Positions 1 to 7,537 of a stretch of DNA of 32,864 nt are shown in pieces. This DNA comes from Candidatus Thermosaccharophagus tengchongensis. Lineage in GTDB: Bacteria; Armatimonadota; Fervidibacteria; Fervidibacterales; Thermosaccharophagaceae. The stretch is taken from NCBI GenBank assembly GCA_032161105.1, contig JAVHTD010000028.1. One strand, given 5' to 3'. The notes under the pieces are model-generated. The model did not search any database. It was not told where the DNA came from and saw only the letters and a list, made by a program, of their open reading frames with translations. Within the stretch, counting starts at the first letter, position 1. Every line of letters begins with the position of its first letter. The translations under genes and the position numbers were made by a program.

Positions 1-1782
1 AAGGTTTACGAGGTGACGGAACAGAAGTTGTGTCCTGGAAGTTACGATTTCACATGGGATGGGACTATGAACACTGGCAATTACGAAGGAATGCCTGATG
101 GGGAAGAGCCAACAAACATAGCACCTGCAGGTTTATACACCTTTGATGTTGAAGTGACAGGAGTTGCCCCTTATGACCATGATTGGTTAAGGAGCAAGGA
201 ATTGAAGGTTGTTCCAGGACCTGTTGAGTATTGCGGTCGTGATGATGGAGGGACACCTGATGATGAGAGTGATGACAACTACCTTTACTACTTGAGATGG
301 TATGCATTGCATAGCGGAAGGGATGCGACATGGGGAGAAATATGGTTGTATGACCCTGATTTGATGAGGGTATCAACATGTGCTGTTCCGATATTAAAAT
401 GTGTTGTTCATGGATGGAATGATGGGTTGGTAGCGAACCCGAATGGTGAAGTTCATGGTGTTATAATCCCAGTTCCAGTGAGTGTGATGGATAAGGTAGG
501 GACATACAGGTTTGTTTTGCACTTTTATGATGACTATGCTGACGGTTACAAGAACCATAAAGTAAAACCTGCTTTGGAGGTGAATGCAAAGTACGATAAT
601 CCATTAATTGAATTCGTGCGTCAAGATGGTGATTGGCAATCCCAAGTCTTTGTTCGTATCGACCATGTCCATATTGCCCTTTGGGAAAACTCTTTTGACG
701 CTAACAACATGGTCAGGCAATTCTTTACCCGATATGATGACCGTCGTTTCTTTGTTAAGGTCACCGACAAATCCCAAAATAGACCTGGAGTGTTGCACCT
801 TCATTCTTTCAAACGTGGCGCTAATCCCAAAACGAGCAATCCCGATGACCAAATCAACAATATGAGTTTCCATTCGGATTTTAGCAAACCCAACGAAGGC
901 ATTTTCATCACCCGTCCTTTGATAGCGGTTGTAGACAATGACATCATTGATGATGACTTTGACGATGACCCTTCAGGTCAGAACACTGAATATGATGGCA
1001 CAGATGACGGAAGTGATGACCGAACGATATGGGCAGAGTTAGAAGGGGTATTAAGGGCGAAATATTATCGTGGCGGGAAATTGGTAGCAGAAAGGCAAGT
1101 TACAGTGTGCACTAGGCAGCACCGGAGGTTGGTAAGATTGAACATTATATCCATGAGAAGCCGAACGAATAATCAACCTTATTGGACAAAACAGGAGATT
1201 TTAAGGGAGATAAGGAGGTTAGAGGGTGAGATAAATAGCGGTCGTGCGAATAAGGCATGGGCACAGGCGTGCATCCGGTTTGTGAACAGAAATGGACAGG
1301 AAATCACGGAAGCAGACATTCATGAAAGAGACCAACCGCAAGGGGTTAACCTTGACGACCAACATGGACTCGATGATTTCACACAAGATCCCTCTGGTAA
1401 TATACAAGAAACCGATGAGGAGAGAGCTCTTATCAGCGCAGTCAAAGATAATGACGATTTAACAATAGATGTCATTTTCATAAATCGCATGCGGTCTGGA
1501 TCTCGGGGAGAAGCTTTCAACGATGTCTATACCGTTGCTCCTAACGCAGATCCAAACCACAGGAGAACAATCATAATTGCATTAAATCGGACACCATTCA
1601 CGACACCACATGAAATCGGTCACATTCTCTTGAATAGTGGTCACTTCCAGTCGCCAGATATTAATGAGGAATACAGAAACTTAATGAGGTCGGGGACTTC
1701 TGATACAGACGCCGTCAATGAATCTAAGAGACTTACAACAAGTCAAATCGACACAGCACGGCAAAGCCCATTAATGCAATAG
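1..1782 (+). CDS. 5'-partial putative polymorphic effector/toxin: FlgD-Ig-like N-terminal region plus C-terminal zinc metalloprotease-like domain
   Basis: The frame is open from base 1 (KVYEV...), so the true start lies upstream of the window. 'FTWDGT...APAGLYTFDVEV' resembles an FlgD-type Ig domain. The junction motif HKVKPALEVNAK is shared with the ORF at 2703. HEIGHILLNSGH (1609-1644) and a downstream NLM (1678-1686) resemble a metzincin zinc motif and Met-turn. Confidence 0.75.
   Translation, partial: KVYEVTEQKLCPGSYDFTWDGTMNTGNYEGMPDGEEPTNIAPAGLYTFDVEVTGVAPYDHDWLRSKELKVVPGPVEYCGRDDGGTPDDESDDNYLYYLRWYALHSGRDATWGEIWLYDPDLMRVSTCAVPILKCVVHGWNDGLVANPNGEVHGVIIPVPVSVMDKVGTYRFVLHFYDDYADGYKNHKVKPALEVNAKYDNPLIEFVRQDGDWQSQVFVRIDHVHIALWENSFDANNMVRQFFTRYDDRRFFVKVTDKSQNRPGVLHLHSFKRGANPKTSNPDDQINNMSFHSDFSKPNEGIFITRPLIAVVDNDIIDDDFDDDPSGQNTEYDGTDDGSDDRTIWAELEGVLRAKYYRGGKLVAERQVTVCTRQHRRLVRLNIISMRSRTNNQPYWTKQEILREIRRLEGEINSGRANKAWAQACIRFVNRNGQEITEADIHERDQPQGVNLDDQHGLDDFTQDPSGNIQETDEERALISAVKDNDDLTIDVIFINRMRSGSRGEAFNDVYTVAPNADPNHRRTIIIALNRTPFTTPHEIGHILLNSGHFQSPDINEEYRNLMRSGTSDTDAVNESKRLTTSQIDTARQSPLMQ
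454..592 (+). repeat. Direct repeat copy 1 (conserved junction preceding the variable C-terminal domain)
   Basis: Gap-free alignment to 2736-2874 (offset 2282). 27/46 aa identical. 554-592 vs 2836-2874 is 37/39 nt identical and 486-507 vs 2768-2789 is 21/22 nt identical. Confidence 0.9.
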
Positions 1783-1794
1783 GGGGATTAAACT

Positions 1795-2618
1795 GTGAGG
1801 ATAATAACAGTCAAGGCGTTAGCCATTACATTGATGCTTGCCACCGTCGCAGCGACGACGGTATCGTTGGAGGTGAGTAATTTGGACAAAAGAAAAATTA
1901 TGCAACTGCTCTCTGCCGAAGAGTTTAAGAACAGGGAGCGCTTAGAATTACTCAGGATGGGTGAGCGAGCGAAAATTGTGTTACGGGACATCATCAGAGA
2001 AAATAAGCCCCCTTCTACCTTGTAGAGCGAGCGGTCATCGTTTTAGGTGAAGTCTTTCGTGACCGTGCTTCGGTAGATTTGATCCGTCCTTTGCTCAAGC
2101 ATCCAAACTCAGACATACGGGCGGGGGCGGCAAGAGCATTGCGATACATCGGCGACGAGAGCGACCTGCCCACGCTGTTGCAATTGCTTCAGGATGAGGA
2201 AACATTCGTCAAATTCTCGGCAATGGAGGCGCTCAGTTACATCGGCAGTCCCAAAGCCCTTCCAGCACTGAGGCAAGCGTTTGCCAAGTTTCATCCCTAC
2301 TCGCGTCCATTGGTGGAACGTGCCATTAGGCGCATCGAGATTTGGAACTCCCCCCGGCGCAACGAGGAATTACAAACTGCCATCCTAAGCGAAGACAAGG
2401 AACTTGCCTGCTGGGCGGTTCAAAAGATTGCCCAGTTAGGCTTAAAGGAAGCCTTACCTACCTTAAGGAAAGCTCTTGAGAGTGTGCGACCAGCTTATGG
2501 GGCTGATAGATTGCGGATGGAAATGGAAATACTTAGTGCCATCAAGAAGTTAGGTGGTACACTGTCATCAGAAGAAATCGAGAAGTTAGAGGAATTTCCG
2601 CCTGAGACGCTGCGGTGA
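1795..2618 (+). pseudogene. Exported HEAT-repeat protein (candidate immunity/partner), split by a 1-nt frameshift or sequencing error
   Basis: GTG start with a GGGGGA RBS 12 nt after the ORF1 stop, and a signal-peptide-like N-terminus (MRIITVKALAITLMLATVAA). HEAT-like repeats (IRAGAARALRYIG, VKFSAMEALSYIG). Adding one C to the C5 run at 2008-2012 joins 1795..2025 to 2079..2618 through ...KPPFYLVERAVIVLGEVFRDRASVDLIRPLL, giving ~274 aa. Confidence 0.8.
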
Positions 2619-2702
2619 TCTGGTGGGTAGGTTAAGGAGATAGCCTTTGGCGTAAGGTGGTATAGATTTTAGGGAGTTTGTTTTGTTCATTGGAGCACAA
2701 TT

Positions 2703-3998
2703 GTGTTGGTTTGGTGGCAAGTTTGTGGAGTAAAGTATGGCGTTCTATTGCCCGTTCCTATTACTTTGATGGATAAGGAAGGGACATACTATTTTGTCAT
2801 CTTTGCATGGGACAATCATGCTCACTTACACAAAGACCATAAAGTCAAACCTGCTTTGGAGATGAATGCAAAGTGGAGAAAATGGCAAATTACAGATGTC
2901 GGCTTTTATTATGACCTTAACGGTAATGGTAACCCTTACGAAGACCAAGAGAAACTCAAATGGGACGGCAACGACCCAAGTAACCCCCAACGTGGAGAAT
3001 TCACTATCTTGCGGCAACAACCAGAAGGCAATGTCCTTTTCATCCTTGCTCACATCTCCTCTCCTGACCCGCCCCCTTCCAACGCAAAGGTGGTTGTCAT
3101 GTTAAAGACATCTGTGACTGATCAAAAAGGGATTAAAGTGACCCTTCATTACAGTGGGGCATGTCCTCAAGGGAATGGCTATCACTTCCATAAACCTTAT
3201 GGGCAAGAGATAAAGATGGTTAAACCACCTGAGCAAAGCATAGATGATATTCAAATCCAAGTTCACATGAGTGGGGACAACACGGCGGAAGTTACGACTT
3301 ATGACCACGCTATTTCTCCTACTTCAAATTATCTGGATTCTGCAGCGATAGAGGTAGGTTTGACCGATCGTCAGAGGAGGGGGAGGGCAAGGGACAGTAA
3401 TTGGGAGATGAAGACGCCGACCCTGCCAACCCTCCTTCGTTTCATCCAAGCAGCAGGGGTGGAGAAGATAAAAGTCTATGACCCTCATAAACCATCGGTG
3501 AACCATGAATTACCGGTTAAAAACCAAGCGGACATTTTGTATTACAGCGGGCACGGGAGTAGAGAAACAGGTGAGCTAATAAGCGTGTTTGACAGCGGGG
3601 GAACTATCCATCCTTCGGAGATTAACGCCGCCATCAACTGGGGAGAAGATTTGGAATATTTCATCATTTCAGCATGTGGAGTGCTTGACCCTGACTCCAA
3701 AGGCATTTCATACTGGGCAAAACCTATCGTCAAAAATGGACCTCTAAAGGGACTAACAGGCTACTACGGCTCAGCGCCACGAGATATTCCACCTCCTGGT
3801 AAGCCCTCCTCTGTTGAAGTTGCTGATAGGTTCGTTACTAACCTTAACTCTAATCCATCCTATGACTTTGATACCGGTGACTCGGTGTTAAACGCTTGGC
3901 TGGAGTCTAATGCATATTACCAGCTGCCTGCCGTTGCATATACTAAGACATCCGTTTGGTGGGTAGTAGAAGCATTTGAAGGGTGGTGGGGGTCATGA
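2703..3998 (+). CDS. Orphan C-terminal cassette: junction stub plus DUF6345-like caspase-fold (His-Cys) domain; probably lacks a functional start
   Basis: Begins with a ~46-aa homolog of the ORF1 junction. 'ADILYYSGHG' (His 3552) and 'WGEDLEYFIISACGVL' (Cys 3675) match the caspase-hemoglobinase/DUF6345 pattern. No convincing RBS before the GTG at 2703 or the ATGs at 2769 and 2862. Confidence 0.7.
   Translation: MLVWWQVCGVKYGVLLPVPITLMDKEGTYYFVIFAWDNHAHLHKDHKVKPALEMNAKWRKWQITDVGFYYDLNGNGNPYEDQEKLKWDGNDPSNPQRGEFTILRQQPEGNVLFILAHISSPDPPPSNAKVVVMLKTSVTDQKGIKVTLHYSGACPQGNGYHFHKPYGQEIKMVKPPEQSIDDIQIQVHMSGDNTAEVTTYDHAISPTSNYLDSAAIEVGLTDRQRRGRARDSNWEMKTPTLPTLLRFIQAAGVEKIKVYDPHKPSVNHELPVKNQADILYYSGHGSRETGELISVFDSGGTIHPSEINAAINWGEDLEYFIISACGVLDPDSKGISYWAKPIVKNGPLKGLTGYYGSAPRDIPPPGKPSSVEVADRFVTNLNSNPSYDFDTGDSVLNAWLESNAYYQLPAVAYTKTSVWWVVEAFEGWWGS
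2736..2874 (+). repeat. Direct repeat copy 2 (junction stub of the orphan cassette)
   Basis: Homologous to 454-592. Similarity stops abruptly after AATGCAAAGT. Confidence 0.9.
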
Positions 3999-4037
3999 AG
4001 AAGAAGCAGCAGAACTATTAACATAATCCTGAGGTGA

Positions 4038-5147
4038 ATGACAATGATGCGTTCCTTTGTCCTAAAACGGTTTGTGGCAAGCCTTTTTGTCCTTCCACCT
4101 ATAGTAGTTTGCGCAGTGATAGGTCTTATAGCTCTTAAGAATGGTGGTGAAACAGTCGCCAAAGTCTTTGAAGCACCAAGAGGTTCTCGTTTCACTATTT
4201 TGTATCCATCTTCTGATGGACAGAAGGTTTGGGCTATGTTTGTTAGCGTCTCAAGAACTCAAGATTCCTCGGACGCAATTTTCTCGGTTATCCAACCAGT
4301 TATAGCTTTGGATGCCTTCTCCCATGCCATTATCAATCGAGTCAACATTAATGTATCAAATCCTTGGTCATCGTTTATTGGATTGGCACGTGGCATTTCT
4401 GCTGATATCTTTCCTCTTGTGGAACAGTTTCGTAATTGGGTGATTGATAAAGATGGCAAGGTAATATATGGAGTGGTGTCAAGTCACTTATGGGATGAGC
4501 CACCCTCGGATGATTCTGTCATCAAAGCTATTGAAGTTACATCCCGTAAGCAACTTTGGGAGAGGGCGATACCCAAAGTAAGTGCTCTTGCACTTTCCTC
4601 TGAGAGGCATCAACTTTGGGTAGCCTCTGACCAGCCGATCCTGGTTAAAGATATTGAAACTTTGCCTCGTGATTTTCCAAAATTTTATTATATGGATGAA
4701 GCACGAGTGATATATGTGATAGATACTCGGGATGGAGCTATACTAAAGCGCATCGGTTACATTAGTGGAGATGGTGCCGATAGCATAGTGTTCTCGCCCG
4801 ATATGAAGAGAGCTATCTGCATTGCCCGTGGTGGGCTAGGTGGGCTGTTGGTCATAGATGCTGAACGCCTTGAGATTGAAGAGGGATGGTGCGAGTTGCG
4901 ATTCAGCATGTTCTCACGGGGCATGGATGGATGTTGGAGTCAAGATGGAAAATATCTTTACATCTTGGATCGTGGCTTTGACAGTCCTCCATCTGTTCAA
5001 GTTTATGAAGTTCCGAGGAAATCGCTTATTGGCAAGATTACTTTACCTACGAAAAGTCCAGCCCGAACAATGGTGTTATCTAATCCAGCTAATAAGTTGT
5101 TCATTGGTGCTGATGATGGCATCTATGTTGTGAACCTCGCTAAATAG
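4038..5147 (+). CDS. Exported or membrane-anchored beta-propeller-like (YVTN/YncE-like) protein, candidate partner of the orphan cassette
   Basis: 369-aa ORF with a GAGGTG RBS (true start may be 4044 or 4047). Hydrophobic N-terminal segment. Blade-like repeats: SIVFSPDMKRAI, WSQDGKYLYI, IYVIDTRDG, IYVVNL. Confidence 0.65.
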   Translation: MTMMRSFVLKRFVASLFVLPPIVVCAVIGLIALKNGGETVAKVFEAPRGSRFTILYPSSDGQKVWAMFVSVSRTQDSSDAIFSVIQPVIALDAFSHAIINRVNINVSNPWSSFIGLARGISADIFPLVEQFRNWVIDKDGKVIYGVVSSHLWDEPPSDDSVIKAIEVTSRKQLWERAIPKVSALALSSERHQLWVASDQPILVKDIETLPRDFPKFYYMDEARVIYVIDTRDGAILKRIGYISGDGADSIVFSPDMKRAICIARGGLGGLLVIDAERLEIEEGWCELRFSMFSRGMDGCWSQDGKYLYILDRGFDSPPSVQVYEVPRKSLIGKITLPTKSPARTMVLSNPANKLFIGADDGIYVVNLAK

Positions 5148-5155
5148 TCATCGTC

Positions 5156-5228
5156 TGTAGGAGTGGCTTTAGCCCCGAAGAAAGAGGATGGCTATTCAGG
5201 ATTGTTCGCGGCTAAAGCCGCTCCTACA
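5156..5228. repeat. GTAG-type REP doublet (REPIN-like inverted repeat); may also act as a bidirectional terminator
   Basis: The left arm TGTAGGAGTGGCTTTAGCCCCGAA (5156-5179) and the reverse complement of the right arm (5205-5228), TGTAGGAGCGGCTTTAGCCGCGAA, match at 22/24. The spacer is 25 nt. Each arm has a GTAG head and an internal palindrome (GCGGCT-TT-AGCCGC). It lies between convergent genes. Confidence 0.8.
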
Positions 5229-5271
5229 AAGGGGTGCCAGATGTGCAGGTCATGGCATAAGTTGAGTGTGA

Positions 5272-6204
5272 CTATTCCTGCCAGGTGGAGAACTGTTGTG
5301 TCTGCTCAAGCAGCGGCTTGAGTTGGCTCTCAATTTCATCCTCATCTTCGCCCACATGTATGCCCTTGAATAGGAACCAATGCTCAACATGCTCAATGCA
5401 TTCACCATGCTCAATGCGCTTTAGCGGGCTGAGCGTTTCAAGTTCAAGCATCCTCTCGTTGGTGAAGACCTCAGCGGAGCACCCGAAATCCGGGTATGGC
5501 ATTCCATCAAAGTGCTTGTGCCGCTTGATGAATAGATGTCCGTTGCGCGCATATGCTAACCAGCCCTCGTGATTTGCTACGCCAAGCTTTAGCGGCTTAG
5601 CATTGTTCACATCCTGACGAAGGATGATGAACTTCCTTCCCCAGCGCCACCTTGAATCGCTCATATCCGTGTAATGCCAGATTGCCATTGCCCTTGCTGG
5701 AAGCAACTTCTCCTCGTGCGGTATGAATGGAGGCTGTGGTAGTATAGCCCTTCCGCCCGGTGCCATGACTGAGAGCGCCCACGCAGCAAGTTCAACAGAC
5801 CAAAGGTTGAAATTGCGCAGCCTGTGGATAACCACCACATGTGTCCCGCCTTGTGGGAGCTCTATTTGCATTTCCTTCTGTATCCCGGTGAGCCTCTCAA
5901 CTGGCTGCACGGCGAGGAGGGAGTTGTCTTTTGCGCTTACATCAACCGGCTCATTGTCTGGTGCATATGTTCTTGGGCGTGCTTCTGGAGCATGCCAAAG
6001 CCTATGTCCTCCGTAGATACGCCACTCATCACCGCCCCTCAATCCGAGCTGCTCTTCAAATTCGGCGAACTCATTCTCATCACCGATGAACCCGAAGCGG
6101 ATAATCCTCGGACCGACATCCGCCGTCACTATTAGCTCAACATCGTCATTGAACAGCCTGTAGCAATTTTCCCATCCGCCATAGCTCACCCTCTCCGTTG
6201 GCAT
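5272..6204 (-). CDS. DUF4380-like / galactose mutarotase-like fold protein
   Basis: 310 aa. Motifs VGPRIIRFG, YGGHRLWHAPE, YPDFGCSAEVF and ELETLSPL are typical of this conserved hypothetical family. GGGGTGA RBS. Confidence 0.7.
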   Translation of the reverse strand: MPTERVSYGGWENCYRLFNDDVELIVTADVGPRIIRFGFIGDENEFAEFEEQLGLRGGDEWRIYGGHRLWHAPEARPRTYAPDNEPVDVSAKDNSLLAVQPVERLTGIQKEMQIELPQGGTHVVVIHRLRNFNLWSVELAAWALSVMAPGGRAILPQPPFIPHEEKLLPARAMAIWHYTDMSDSRWRWGRKFIILRQDVNNAKPLKLGVANHEGWLAYARNGHLFIKRHKHFDGMPYPDFGCSAEVFTNERMLELETLSPLKRIEHGECIEHVEHWFLFKGIHVGEDEDEIESQLKPLLEQTQQFSTWQE

Positions 6205-6219
6205 GATGTCTCACCCCCG

Positions 6220-7284
6220 TTAACTGCGCTTATCCTCGCACACCTTGAATTTGTCCGCGCCGCGCATGTGCAATGCGACCGCAGTTGTAGCCAAGTAAAT
6301 TAACCCCCCCGGTAAAGCGGCAAGCCATGTGATTATGCGCCAAAGCAAGGACCAAAGTATTGCAGCCTCCTTAGATGCGCCGAGCATAACCCAAAGTTGT
6401 GATGCCGTTATCTCCCTGACGCCGAGTCCGTGTATGGCAATCGGAAGCGAGCTTATAGCTGTCAGGCTTGATATCATCGCCACATATGTTGCATAGCTCA
6501 TTTGCATCCCAATTGTCCACCCGAGCGCAAGCAGCATAGCGTCAAGGCACAAATGGTATATGAGCGCTATGCCGAAGCTTAGGGCGGCATATCTTGGCTG
6601 CGCAAGGAACATAAGGGCACCCTCACCGAAGCGCGCAAGTCGCCTTCTCCAGATGCTCTTTGAGTCGCGCCATATCAACAGCGTTGCGATAACAATGGAA
6701 GCCATTATGAGCAGCGTTAGGAATGCAGTGAGCGTTGCGATGATGAACTTCTGCGTCGCCTTGCTCAACCAAAGTGCAGCAATGCATCCAACGAGTATCA
6801 TTGAGGTAAACCCAACAGCGCGCTGCGCATACACAGTCCCCATGATGATGGACAGCGGTTGTTTGGAATGCTTGCTGGCAATGTATGCGCGCACCATGTC
6901 GCCGCCGACTATGCCCGGTAGGAAAAGGTTGAAGAACATCCCGACGAAGAAGGCAACGACTGCGCTCACCGGGCTCATTAGCATCCCAGTGGAGCGAATT
7001 ATCACCCACCAATTGAGCGCCGATAGCGATTGCAGCAAGCAATATGTGAGGACGCAAAATAGGAGCAGGCTAATTGGCACCTCATGGAGTTTGCTGAAGA
7101 TGCCCTCGCTGTAGCCGAGAACGATCACCCAAGAAAATAGCGTAAGCGAAACCGCCACTTGCAGGTGCAGTTGCAAGCGCTTAAGTGAGCTTGCAAGCTG
7201 TGCGGTTGATCCCTTTGCGCCGCTCTGCCCGTGTTTTCCCCCGTTCCCCTCTTTGACGCCCCCATTTGCTCCGCACACCGCCAA
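6220..7284 (-). CDS. Lysylphosphatidylglycerol synthase TM-domain (UPF0104, flippase-like) membrane protein
   Basis: Multiple TM helices. Motifs FFNLFLPGIVGGDMVRAY and LPIAIHGLGVRE. Start codon uncertain. Confidence 0.85.
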   Translation of the reverse strand: MAVCGANGGVKEGNGGKHGQSGAKGSTAQLASSLKRLQLHLQVAVSLTLFSWVIVLGYSEGIFSKLHEVPISLLLFCVLTYCLLQSLSALNWWVIIRSTGMLMSPVSAVVAFFVGMFFNLFLPGIVGGDMVRAYIASKHSKQPLSIIMGTVYAQRAVGFTSMILVGCIAALWLSKATQKFIIATLTAFLTLLIMASIVIATLLIWRDSKSIWRRRLARFGEGALMFLAQPRYAALSFGIALIYHLCLDAMLLALGWTIGMQMSYATYVAMISSLTAISSLPIAIHGLGVREITASQLWVMLGASKEAAILWSLLWRIITWLAALPGGLIYLATTAVALHMRGADKFKVCEDKRS

Positions 7285-7537
7285 TCTACCCCCTGTAAGG
7301 ATGCAAACGCACCGGTGAGTTTGACAGCCTTATGCGACTTGTGTGGCGGCAAATTGGTGCTCCCCAAAGGAGCATTTCGTCTCCTCATAACCCTTTGACT
7401 AACCTTCTTCACCGTCGGCGCGTTGGGAAGCGCTTAGACAGCGATTAGCCTCTGCGAGGCAGTGTTGAAGTGGTGCGCTAATATTGCTGGCGAGCGGCAA
7501 AAGCGATTCCGTTGGAACATCATCGGGGGTGATGAAA

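Noticed and set aside
13..15. ORF-track start of the first gene at base 13
   Set aside because: The frame is open to base 1 and the protein begins mid-domain with no signal peptide, so the gene is 5'-partial.
935..1020. GATGAC-rich low-complexity stretch resembling a tandem repeat
   Set aside because: Explained by Asp codons in ORF1. No regular period or spacers, so not a CRISPR array.
2696..2705. Perfect 10-bp palindrome CACAATTGTG upstream of the orphan cassette
   Set aside because: A single short occurrence inside decayed coding remnant, which is expected by chance in 33 kb.
1..5228. Prophage, IS, integron or diversity-generating retroelement as the explanation for the island
   Set aside because: No integrase, transposase, phage structural gene or reverse transcriptase is visible. 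The repeat copies differ at many non-adenine positions and sit at a domain junction rather than a gene end. The hairpin has GTAG REP features rather than attC ends.
7368..7384. Small hairpin TGCTCC-CCAAA-GGAGCA in a divergent intergenic region
   Set aside because: 6-bp stem with no U-tract and no recognisable riboswitch or operator context.
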